DNA from: Chthonomonas calidirosea
GTDB lineage: Bacteria > Armatimonadota > Fimbriimonadia > Fimbriimonadales > Fimbriimonadaceae
Direction: 5' to 3'
Assembly: GCA_945859975.1 (NCBI GenBank)
Contig: CAMAPH010000032.1
Location: forward strand, 1 to 33,255
DNA length: 33,255 nucleotides
Under the pieces are notes generated by a model. The model saw only the letters and a program-made list of their open reading frames with translations. It did no database searches and was not told the DNA's origin. Shown in pieces: positions 26,189-33,255 of this stretch; position 1 is the stretch's first letter, and every line of letters begins with the position of its first letter. The position numbers and the translations under genes were made by a program.

Positions 26189-26196
26189 AAACAGGA

Positions 26197-26270
26197 TGGG
26201 GAAGAGGAGGGGATTCTAACCCGTGACCATCTCGGTGGGCCAGGATGCTTTACCGCTGAGCCAGGCTGCG
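26197..26270 (-). pseudogene. Degenerate tRNA-like sequence (pseudo-tRNA)
   Basis: CGCAGCCTGGCTCAGCGGTAAAGCATCCTGGCCCACCGAGATGGTCACGGGTTAGAATCCCCTCCTCTTCCCCA; 49/75 positions match the adjacent tRNA-Val by hand alignment; acceptor stem broken. Confidence 0.75.
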
Positions 26271-26283
26271 GCAGCAAGAAAAT

Positions 26284-26358
26284 TGGTGGGCGGTACAGGA
26301 TTCGAACCTGTGACCCCTTCGGTGTGAACGAAGTGCTCTACCACTGAGCCAACCGCCC
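26284..26358 (-). tRNA. tRNA-Val (anticodon CAC)
   Basis: GGGCGGT/ACCGCCC acceptor stem, GCTC/GAGC D-arm, CTTCG-TTCACAC-CGAAG anticodon arm, ACAGG-TTCGAAT-CCTGT T-arm, encoded CCA; 75 nt. Confidence 0.98.
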
Positions 26359-26409
26359 GGACGGATAGAAGAGATTACCTGGTAAACACCAAGGCATCGG
26401 GCCGGGTCT

Positions 26410-27222
26410 ATGATCGCAATTCTTCTTTCGCTCATTGTCCTGCCTCAAGCCGTAATCGAGCGTCCGCTACCGATCGCTCGTCGATTCCTCCGCAAGGGGC
26501 ACAAGTTCATCGTTTGCGCCCACCGAGGGGACCATACGGTGGCCCCGGAGAACTCGCTCGAGGCCTACGATCGCGCCATCAAGATCGGCGCAGACTTTGG
26601 CGAGGTGGACCTGCGGATGACCAAGGACGGCGTGATCGTGCTGATGCACGACGCGACCGTCGACCGAACCACCGACGGACATGGAACGGTTTCGAACCAA
26701 ACTCTGCAGGAGATCAAGGCGCTGAAGTTCAAGCGTGCGACGGAGAAGAATGAATCCGTCCCGACTTTTGAAGAACTCCTGAAGGCGGTGCGCGGGAAGA
26801 TCAACCTGTATCTCGACATCAAAGCGGTCCGGGCGAAGGATGTTTTGCCCCTCCTGAAGAAGTACCGAATGGAGCGCAGCGCTATCGCCTACGTCTACGG
26901 GCCCGCGAACGTGGATGAATGGCGACGAGATGCCCCAGAAGTCCCGATCATCTCGGACATTTCAAAAATGACCGATGCCGAGCAGATCGAGCGAGACTGG
27001 CGCGCGCATCCGTTCGCGATCAGCGACGGCCGCGCATCGGGCTACACGCAACAGATCGTCGACATCTGGCACAAGCTTGGCGTGGTCGTTGTTCCGGACA
27101 TCCAAAGCGGCGACGAAGGGCCCGCAAAGTGGGCGCCCATGCTCGCAATGGGAGTGGATGGATTGCAAACGGATCACCCCGAAGAGCTCATTGCTTATCT
27201 GAAGTCCCGAGGGCTTAGATAG
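26410..27222 (+). CDS. Glycerophosphodiester phosphodiesterase family protein
   Basis: AHRG, PENSL, EVDL..TKDG..VLMHD.TVDRTTDG, VPTFEE, LDIK, GVDGLQTDHP; hydrophobic N-terminus. Confidence 0.93.
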   Translation: MIAILLSLIVLPQAVIERPLPIARRFLRKGHKFIVCAHRGDHTVAPENSLEAYDRAIKIGADFGEVDLRMTKDGVIVLMHDATVDRTTDGHGTVSNQTLQEIKALKFKRATEKNESVPTFEELLKAVRGKINLYLDIKAVRAKDVLPLLKKYRMERSAIAYVYGPANVDEWRRDAPEVPIISDISKMTDAEQIERDWRAHPFAISDGRASGYTQQIVDIWHKLGVVVVPDIQSGDEGPAKWAPMLAMGVDGLQTDHPEELIAYLKSRGLR

Positions 27223-27294
27223 AAAAAAGTCTGTTTAGGTACTTCGAGTTTTGAATAATTTAAGATTCTGGGCAATAAATTACTGGGCGTGGAA

Positions 27295-27354
27295 CATTGC
27301 AAAAATATTAGCAATGATGCTGTAACGTGTTAAGGTTAAACTTGCCTTAACTCG
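27295..27354 (+). promoter_or_regulatory. Promoter/operator region of the first pilin-like gene
   Basis: TTAGCA (27308), 17 nt, TAAGGT (27331) with TGn extension; imperfect palindrome CATTGC-N10-GCAATG (27295-27316); inverted repeat GTTAAGG...CCTTAAC. Confidence 0.45.
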
Positions 27355-27373
27355 CGCCCTGCAGACTACGCGC

Positions 27374-28315
27374 GTGACCAAAAAAGCATTCACCCTCATT
27401 GAGTTGCTCGTTGTCATCGCGATCATCGCGATTCTTGCTGCAATTCTGTTCCCGGTCTTTGCCCAGGCAAAGCTTTCCGCAAAGAAGATTTCGGACTTGT
27501 CGAACCAGAAGCAGATCGGCACTGGACTGCAGATCTACCTTGCCGACTACGACGACACCCTTCCTCCATACCGAACCCGGAACACGCCAAACCCAGGTTT
27601 GCCAAATGCTTACATCACCGGAAACTCGGCTGGACGAGCATTCTTCCACCAGCTTCTCCACCCATACATCAAGAGCCTTGACATGTGGAAGAGCCCAATC
27701 AACCCAAGCGCTTGGGTTACGGCAAACACCTCTTGCGATCCGGCCGTCGGAAACGATGACAACCAGGATGCTGGAGATGGCTGCAGCTACGGCGGACAGA
27801 ACAGCTACGGCGTTAACAACTACGTTTTCCCAGCGGGAGCGTCGCTCGCCAGCGCTAACCGAGCCGTTGGTCTCAACTCCGGTGCCGTCGTGGAGTCTGC
27901 GAACACTTACTTAATGATGAACGCACGCTACTACAACGTGCTTCCTCGCTACACCCGACCAGACGGCACCCCGGTGATTGATGGTTTGCTAAACGGCGAC
28001 GCGAGTGGAATGAACCCGAACGATCCGGCAACCTACGCCGACACCCTGAAGTATTACTACAACTACTGGAAGTACATCAACTACGGTCTCAGCTACAACC
28101 AGAACGGCGTGCCAGCAGGCTCGTTCTATGGCAATACGGCAAACATCGTTTCCACCATCGAGAACCGAGGAAAGACGGTAATGGGCGGTCAGGTAAACGT
28201 AGTGTTCGCCGACACCCACGCGAAGGCTCAGAACTACGTTCGAGTTATTGATGATCTCATCAACAACCCGACGAACTCGTCTTGGGATCCGTACAAAGCT
28301 GGCTTGAAGCAGTAA
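27374..28315 (+). CDS. Prepilin-type N-terminal cleavage/methylation protein (DUF1559-like) with variant H-X9-DG C-terminus
   Basis: [48 protein letters not shown]-terminal [14 protein letters not shown]. Confidence 0.92.
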   Translation: MTKKAFTLIELLVVIAIIAILAAILFPVFAQAKLSAKKISDLSNQKQIGTGLQIYLADYDDTLPPYRTRNTPNPGLPNAYITGNSAGRAFFHQLLHPYIKSLDMWKSPINPSAWVTANTSCDPAVGNDDNQDAGDGCSYGGQNSYGVNNYVFPAGASLASANRAVGLNSGAVVESANTYLMMNARYYNVLPRYTRPDGTPVIDGLLNGDASGMNPNDPATYADTLKYYYNYWKYINYGLSYNQNGVPAGSFYGNTANIVSTIENRGKTVMGGQVNVVFADTHAKAQNYVRVIDDLINNPTNSSWDPYKAGLKQ

Positions 28316-28323
28316 CAAAATTA

Positions 28324-28351
28324 TTCCCCCATCAGAATCCTGATGGGGGAA
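28324..28351. terminator. Bidirectional intrinsic terminator
   Basis: TTCCCCCATCAG-AATC-CTGATGGGGGAA perfect 12-bp stem with AT-rich flanks between convergent genes. Confidence 0.8.
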
Positions 28352-28362
28352 CTTAATTGGGA

Positions 28363-30108
28363 TTACCCGACCAGGTGCTTTGCTCGGCGCTCCTCAGGGA
28401 GCTCCATGTCGCGATTCTCGTCGATCAGTCCGCCGCCGACACCGTCGCCATAAACCGCGCTCAGCAAGGGGCCGTCCTGGAACTTCTTGCAGGCAACCCA
28501 ACCATCCCGGGCCATCGCCTCGAGGGTCTGAACCAGACGCGAATGGGTGTAGCCGTCGTACGGTTCACCAATCTCCGCCAGCTTCGCGCGGATGAACTGG
28601 AAGGCGTGCTCCACGCTCGGCGAGTACTGCAACCCGGCGACGATCCAGCCGAAGAAGCCGATCAGCGGCAGAATCTTGCCGTCTCGCCGATAAGCCGGAA
28701 CCGGGATGACGCGACCCTGTTCGTAGTACGCGAACTCAATCCGCTCCGCGTCCTTCAAGCGTAACGAGAATCCGCTGTAGCCATCGATCGGGCTCACCGG
28801 CGGCTCGTCGGAGAGTCGGTTGGAGATGAAGTGAACGCAGTCGAGGCTGAACCCGGCGATGCCGCCCAGCCCGAGGTCCTCTTCCACAAACCCACCCGTC
28901 CCGAGCCAGCGGAACGCGGCATTCGCGTCGAGGTCCAATCCGGCATCCTTCGCGATTTCTCGAGTGAACTCTTTGAGCTCACCAAAGTGGCCGTTGGCGG
29001 TGTACCAGTAGTCGGCAAACCGAATGTGCTGCAAGATTCGCCGCCGATTCCGTTCGTCGTACTGCGTCTTCAGCCACTCGTCGCGGCCCTTGCCAAGTTC
29101 CAGAATCGAGCAAGCCGCTTCCTGAGCCGAAACGTGCGAAAGGGTCATGCCAGCGGCAAGAATCGGGTCGGCAAACCCAGCCGATTCCCCGGTCAGGAAC
29201 CAGTTCTTCCCGGCAAGCCGATCCGCAAGGAACGACCAGTCTTTGGTCGTCGCCAACTTCTCCTCACGGGTTGCATTCTGGAGCAAGCTCGCAATCCGCG
29301 GCTCCTCGGCCAAAGCCTTCAAGTAAAGCTCAGTCGGCTTCAGCCCGGTCTTCTTGTAGTAGTCAGCGGGGCAGATGAAACCGACCGAGGTCCGGGTTTC
29401 GCTGATCGGAATAAACCAGATCCAGCCGTACCCAAGCGACATCACCTGAACCCGCGTGCCGCCAACGCCAAGGCTAACCGCCCATTCGGCGCTCTGCCAA
29501 TAATCCCAAATCGCAATGTTCTTCAGCGTGCTGGGCTCGGAAACGTCAACGCCCATCGCGCGCCGAAGCACACCCGCATGGCCACTCGCGTCCACATAAG
29601 TCTTGGCACGAACGATCTCTCCGTTGTCCAAAACCAGATGATCGATCTGATCATCCTCTTGAACAACTTTGCGAACGCCGGTCGCCTCAAAGACCTCGCA
29701 ACCGAGCTCCTTGGCGTGGTCGAGCAGGATCTTGTCGTAGACGGCTCGATCTACTTGGAAGGCGGTCTGCAGCCGCTGCCCTTCGAACTTTGCCGGCCGA
29801 GCTTCATCGGCAAAGGCACCGTGGGCAATGAAATTGAAGTCCCACAGATCATCGCTTTTGCCCCATCGGTAGGTCGCCCCGATCTTGACCGGAAATCCAG
29901 CGGCCTCGATCTTCTCCCAGGCTCCCAGTTCATTGAGAACGCGACTAATCAGGGGCAGCTGGCTCTCGCCGACATGGTCGCGCGGAAAAATCTCTCGCTC
30001 AAAAATCCCGACCTTAAGGTCCGGATTGTATTTGGCAAGAAACCCGCCGCAAGTCGATCCCGCAGGACCACCACCAATGATGACGACATCGTAATCTGTG
30101 GTTGACAT
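28363..30108 (-). CDS. Flavin-dependent halogenase-like protein
   Basis: GGGPAG FAD motif, FPRDHVGES, FPVKIG (catalytic Lys position), FQVDRA.YD..LL, WIWFIP (WxWxIP), GFADPILAAG; C-terminal extension. Confidence 0.85.
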   Translation of the reverse strand: MSTTDYDVVIIGGGPAGSTCGGFLAKYNPDLKVGIFEREIFPRDHVGESQLPLISRVLNELGAWEKIEAAGFPVKIGATYRWGKSDDLWDFNFIAHGAFADEARPAKFEGQRLQTAFQVDRAVYDKILLDHAKELGCEVFEATGVRKVVQEDDQIDHLVLDNGEIVRAKTYVDASGHAGVLRRAMGVDVSEPSTLKNIAIWDYWQSAEWAVSLGVGGTRVQVMSLGYGWIWFIPISETRTSVGFICPADYYKKTGLKPTELYLKALAEEPRIASLLQNATREEKLATTKDWSFLADRLAGKNWFLTGESAGFADPILAAGMTLSHVSAQEAACSILELGKGRDEWLKTQYDERNRRRILQHIRFADYWYTANGHFGELKEFTREIAKDAGLDLDANAAFRWLGTGGFVEEDLGLGGIAGFSLDCVHFISNRLSDEPPVSPIDGYSGFSLRLKDAERIEFAYYEQGRVIPVPAYRRDGKILPLIGFFGWIVAGLQYSPSVEHAFQFIRAKLAEIGEPYDGYTHSRLVQTLEAMARDGWVACKKFQDGPLLSAVYGDGVGGGLIDENRDMELPEERRAKHLVG

Positions 30109-30121
30109 TTGTTAGCCCCGT

Positions 30122-30331
30122 TTAGTTGCCGGCAGCGCCAGGTGCAACTTTTCCGATCACGTCTTTAGCTTGGTCTGGCATGTTGTTGCCGTTCGGAGCG
30201 TTCGGATTGGTCATTGGCTTAACCGGTGGGTTTGGCGTGGATACCTGACGGGTTTCGCTTGACTTATCTTCGGCGCAACCAACAAGTCCGAGCACAACAA
30301 CGAATGAGGCGAGAAGGCTGAGTTTTTTCAT
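30122..30331 (-). CDS. Small lipoprotein
   Basis: MKK + hydrophobic core + lipobox LVGC; Pro/Asn-rich mature part. Confidence 0.8.
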   Translation of the reverse strand: MKKLSLLASFVVVLGLVGCAEDKSSETRQVSTPNPPVKPMTNPNAPNGNNMPDQAKDVIGKVAPGAAGN

Positions 30332-30341
30332 GAGAGGGTTT

Positions 30342-30366
30342 GCTGCGGCCCATTGTGGGCCGCAGC
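30342..30366. other. Strong intra-operon stem-loop
   Basis: GCTGCGGCCCA-TTG-TGGGCCGCAGC, 11-bp perfect stem; followed by AAAC, not a U-tract, on the transcribed minus strand. Confidence 0.7.
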
Positions 30367-30379
30367 GATTGTTGTTACC

Positions 30380-31261
30380 TTAGCGGTACTCAGGGAACAG
30401 GTTCTGGGATGCGAGCTGTCGGTCAGCAATCGTCCAAGGCGTACCCGAGACAGGATTGTTGGACAGGTTGGATGCCCAGTCGTCATTAACCGCATCGTTG
30501 GTTCGAAGGGTCTGCGCGTAAGGTCGAGCCTTAGCGTGGCCATCGGCCCAAACGAAGTTCGAGTTCTTTCCAGCGGAGTGGATTGGACCGTTACCGAGGG
30601 CAGGGCAGGTTGGGGTCGCAGCGCCGCGAGCGGTGATGCACCACGAAGTGTCGTTGACGTTTGCAACGCCGCCTGGGAAGCCAACAGCACCAAAGTGCCA
30701 CTTAAGGTCGTTCCACTGCGATCGGTTCGGGACCATAAGGATGGTTCCAGCAACGTCCTGAAGGATGTCGAGGCTGCTCTGGCCGTTTGGCGTGTAAGGT
30801 CCGCCGCACTCGCCGTTCGCAAATCCGATGAGGGAGTTGTTCACTGCGAAGTTGGAAGATGCGTACTGGTTTGCGTTAGCAACGCCCTGTCCGTCGAAGG
30901 AGACGGTCCAGAAGTTCTCAGCCTGGAACGGGTTGGTTGGGTCCTGAAGAAGGCCCTTGCTCTTCGTGTATGGCTGCATCGCGTGGCGCCAGCTGTAGAA
31001 AGCACCAGGCGTGCCCCAGGGAACAGCACCCCAGTTGCATCCGCTAGGGAAGCCGAAGTATTCCTTGATCAGAGCGTCATCATAGTCGCCCATGTAGATC
31101 ATGTTTGCGGTTGCCAACTGCTTTGCGTTGCTGAGGGCAACGGTCTTTTTGGCGGCGAGCTTAGCCTGTGCGAAGACAGGGAAGAGAATGGCAGCGAGAA
31201 TCGCGATGATTGCGATAACGACGAGAAGTTCAATAAGTGTGAACGCTTTCTTGTTTTTCAT
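30380..31261 (-). CDS. Prepilin-type N-terminal cleavage/methylation protein with H-X9-DG-like C-terminal domain
   Basis: [59 protein letters not shown] overlap with the LacI gene. Confidence 0.93.
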   Translation of the reverse strand: MKNKKAFTLIELLVVIAIIAILAAILFPVFAQAKLAAKKTVALSNAKQLATANMIYMGDYDDALIKEYFGFPSGCNWGAVPWGTPGAFYSWRHAMQPYTKSKGLLQDPTNPFQAENFWTVSFDGQGVANANQYASSNFAVNNSLIGFANGECGGPYTPNGQSSLDILQDVAGTILMVPNRSQWNDLKWHFGAVGFPGGVANVNDTSWCITARGAATPTCPALGNGPIHSAGKNSNFVWADGHAKARPYAQTLRTNDAVNDDWASNLSNNPVSGTPWTIADRQLASQNLFPEYR

Positions 31262-32280
31262 GATTCCTTCATTGGAACGGTGGTCGAGGACCGGACGACG
31301 AGGGTTGGTTCAAAAGTGACGTGCCTAGGCACGGGCTTGCCGTCGATGAGGTCAAGCACCGATTGCACGGCGTAGCGACCCATTTCAGCGATTGGCTGAA
31401 ACACGGTAGTTAGGGGCGGAATTGTAAGTTCGCTGGCTGAGGTCTGGTCGAAGCCACAGATGCTCATTTCACTCGGAACGTTGACGCCCATTTCTTGGCA
31501 AGCTCGGAGAGCACCTATCGCCATATCGTCGTTTGCGCAAACCACGGCAGTCGGCGGATTCGGCAGCGCCAGCAGGCTTTTCATTGCAGCGAAACCTCCA
31601 TCTGGATGAAACTGTCCTTTAACCACCCAGCTGTCATGGTAGGAAAGTCGGTTTTCGGACATGAACTCGGAGTAGGTGCGGAGTCGGTCGATGGCATCCT
31701 GCATATCCAGACGACCCGCGATGTGGGCAATTTTTCGGTGGCCTAGGTCGAACAGGTGCTTCATGGCCAGCTTCATTCCCGTTTCGTTCGCAACCGACAA
31801 TGTGTGAACCCCATCAATTTCCGAGCCTGCCAGCGATATGCATGGGATCCGAAGCTCCTTTGCAAGCAGAACGGCGCGGTTCGTGCTATTTGGAGCAATG
31901 AAGATGGCTCCGTCGACGCGACCATCGAGAATGGTCGAGAGCACTTCTTCGTGACCAGATCCGGCCAGTCGGGTGAAAAGGATTAGATCGTGGTGCGAAG
32001 AGCCAGCCGCGTTGAAAATGCCGTTGAGGGCGAGTTGGAGGTAAGGGCTGAGAAGAACGTCCTCGACGATTTCTGGCGGTACGACTCCGATCGTACGGCT
32101 GCGGCCGGTGACCATCGACTTTGCGAGGCGGTTAGGACGATAGCCCAACTCTCGAGCGGCGTCTAGCACCCTCTCTTTTACTTCCGGACTCACCGTGCGT
32201 GGCCCGCCATTGATGGCGTAGCTGACGGTACTTACCGAAACATTCAGCAGTTTCGCAATATCTTTGATGGAAGTCGGCAT
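31258..32280 (-). CDS. LacI-family transcriptional regulator
   Basis: SIKDIAK.LNVSVSTVS HTH, LGYRPN.LAKS, RVDG, LGHRKIAHI, PTAVVCANDDMAIG, SICGFD, PPLTTV.QP. Confidence 0.96.
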   Translation of the reverse strand: MPTSIKDIAKLLNVSVSTVSYAINGGPRTVSPEVKERVLDAARELGYRPNRLAKSMVTGRSRTIGVVPPEIVEDVLLSPYLQLALNGIFNAAGSSHHDLILFTRLAGSGHEEVLSTILDGRVDGAIFIAPNSTNRAVLLAKELRIPCISLAGSEIDGVHTLSVANETGMKLAMKHLFDLGHRKIAHIAGRLDMQDAIDRLRTYSEFMSENRLSYHDSWVVKGQFHPDGGFAAMKSLLALPNPPTAVVCANDDMAIGALRACQEMGVNVPSEMSICGFDQTSASELTIPPLTTVFQPIAEMGRYAVQSVLDLIDGKPVPRHVTFEPTLVVRSSTTVPMKES

Positions 32281-32297
32281 TGACTTAAGCGGCGCGT

Positions 32298-32313
32298 GTC
32301 GAAACGTTTCGAC
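32298..32313. promoter_or_regulatory. LacI-type operator O1
   Basis: Perfect palindrome GTCGAAACGTTTCGAC with central CG, just downstream of the promoter. Confidence 0.85.
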
Positions 32314-32327
32314 GCTTTCGCTTAATG

Positions 32328-32356
32328 ACTATACAGCCTCAAGCCGAAAGAATCAA
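32328..32356 (-). promoter_or_regulatory. Sigma70-type promoter of the lacI-pilin-lipoprotein-halogenase operon
   Basis: Minus strand TTGATT (32356-32351), 17 nt, TATAGT (32333-32328). Confidence 0.7.
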
Positions 32357-32407
32357 CGATTTTTTTGAAATTTTCCCTGGACTGGATGAATTTTTTTTCG
32401 AATCGGT

Positions 32408-32425
32408 TGTCGAAAGGTTTCGACA
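32408..32425. promoter_or_regulatory. LacI-type operator O2
   Basis: TGTCGAAAGGTTTCGACA, one mismatch to O1, 111 bp away. Confidence 0.8.
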
Positions 32426-32568
32426 GAAGTTTGACGTTTTGGTCGCTGTGGAAGGTTTGATCGATTTTTTGGTGTCGAATTTCGACAACCTTCCTACGTG
32501 AGCGATTGTTTGGAATATCAGTAGGTTCCGGTGTGAGAACCTAGACCAAAAAAACCATAATTTCTATC

Positions 32569-32635
32569 TTGTTCACTGGGAATATTGTTGTTATAATTCC
32601 CGTAATCGTCTTTTGGTGTACTAAAGTAGACCAAA
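32569..32635 (+). promoter_or_regulatory. Promoter and palindromic operator of the GntR gene
   Basis: TTGTTC (32569), 17 nt, TATAAT (32592) with TGn; inverted repeat TTTGGTGTACT-AA-AGTAGACCAAA (32612-32635). Confidence 0.7.
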
Positions 32636-32662
32636 GATGCCAAAAGTGCACGGCAAGGTTCC

Positions 32663-33255
32663 ATGAGTCGAACATCACCTTTAGTGAATGCGATCAGCGG
32701 AAAAATCCGGGAAGCCATCATCAGCGGAAGGTTCCCGGCTGGTTCAACAATGCCTGCGGAACGAGACCTTGCCGATGAGTTTGGAGTCAGTCGCACCGCG
32801 ATTCGAAGCGCCATTGAGTGCCTAGTTCAAGAGAAGTTGCTGGAGTCCATGCCGCGTTGCCGACCGGTCGTAACGGGGCCAATGGCTTGGCGGCAATCGG
32901 CCGAACGAAAAGATGTCGGCGTTTGGCTATGGCCCAATTCAACAGGGTTTGCGGCATCGCATTTGCTGTCTGGAATCCAAAGCATCTTTAGCAATGAATC
33001 GAACGCCCGACTAATCATCGGGAGTGCCAGCGGCGACGATTGGGATTCAATGTGGGATTCGGAAGCGAAGTTCCTTCGCTCAATTGCTGAAGACCCCAAC
33101 ATCTCCGGCGCGATCCTTTGGTACATCGACGGTGTCGGGCACCGGAACGAGCTTGAGCGGGTTCGGCAGGCGGGTGTCCAACTCGTCTTCGTTGATCGGT
33201 ATCTCGATCCAAACTACCCCGCCGACTACGTCGGAACCGACAACACAGGATCCGC
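32663..33255 (+). CDS. GntR HTH + LacI-type sugar-binding domain regulator (AraR-like), truncated by window end
   Basis: Hand translation MSRTSPLVNAISGKIREAIISGRFPAGSTMPAERDLADEFGVSRTAIRSAIECLVQEKLL...LVFVDRYL...ADYVGTDN; absent from the ORF track because no stop falls in the window. Confidence 0.92.
   Translation, partial: MSRTSPLVNAISGKIREAIISGRFPAGSTMPAERDLADEFGVSRTAIRSAIECLVQEKLLESMPRCRPVVTGPMAWRQSAERKDVGVWLWPNSTGFAASHLLSGIQSIFSNESNARLIIGSASGDDWDSMWDSEAKFLRSIAEDPNISGAILWYIDGVGHRNELERVRQAGVQLVFVDRYLDPNYPADYVGTDNTGS

Noticed and set aside
26250..26435. 61-aa minus-strand ORF
   Set aside because: Runs through the tRNA-Val gene.
27284..27300. Sigma54-like GG...TTGC
   Set aside because: GG-GC spacing is 11 or 12 nt, not the required 10.
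27314..27341. dif-like site (TAAGGTTAAAC resembles the XerD arm)
   Set aside because: No XerC-like arm; better explained as a promoter -10 region and hairpin.
28831..30105. 424-aa plus-strand ORF
   Set aside because: Antisense shadow of the halogenase.
30353..31375. 340-aa plus-strand ORF
   Set aside because: Antisense to the pilin-like gene; its Val/Arg richness mirrors AAC/GAC codons on the coding strand.
1..33255. CRISPR array or long tandem repeats
   Set aside because: No regularly spaced direct repeats seen by eye; short or degenerate repeats could have been missed without computation.

Overview
Bacterial chromosomal window with moderately high GC and no recognisable integrase, transposase, CRISPR array or rRNA. 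The gene content (two prepilin-like N-terminal cleavage / H-X9-DG-type proteins under LacI/GntR regulators, plus a MoxR-DUF58-vWA operon) suggests an Armatimonadota (Fimbriimonas-like) genome; this is inference. Left to right: the tail of a coiled-coil/MoxR/DUF58/vWA/vWA operon (1-7373); a GH32 fructosidase; a frameshifted DUF5990-like gene; a heme-c/copper monooxygenase fusion; a long minus-strand run (SnoaL-like, AraC, small conserved protein, ADP-ribosylglycohydrolase, aldo-keto reductase, ECF42-type sigma with VOC and DGPF partners, an Imm22-FHA-like fusion, an 835-aa unknown protein); an ArsR-SRPBCC pair split by an extra gene; a string of orphan genes; a structured non-coding block, a decayed tRNA copy and tRNA-Val(CAC); a GDPD; and a LacI-pilin-lipoprotein-flavin halogenase operon converging on a second, Tyr-rich pilin-like gene, followed by a GntR/LacI-fold regulator truncated by the window end. 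The best candidate for an undescribed system is the halogenase co-transcribed with a pilin-like protein, with no NRPS or carrier protein in the window. Many first-in-operon genes have a -10 box 5-8 nt before the start codon, implying widespread leaderless mRNAs. All family calls come from motif recognition by eye, not database searches.
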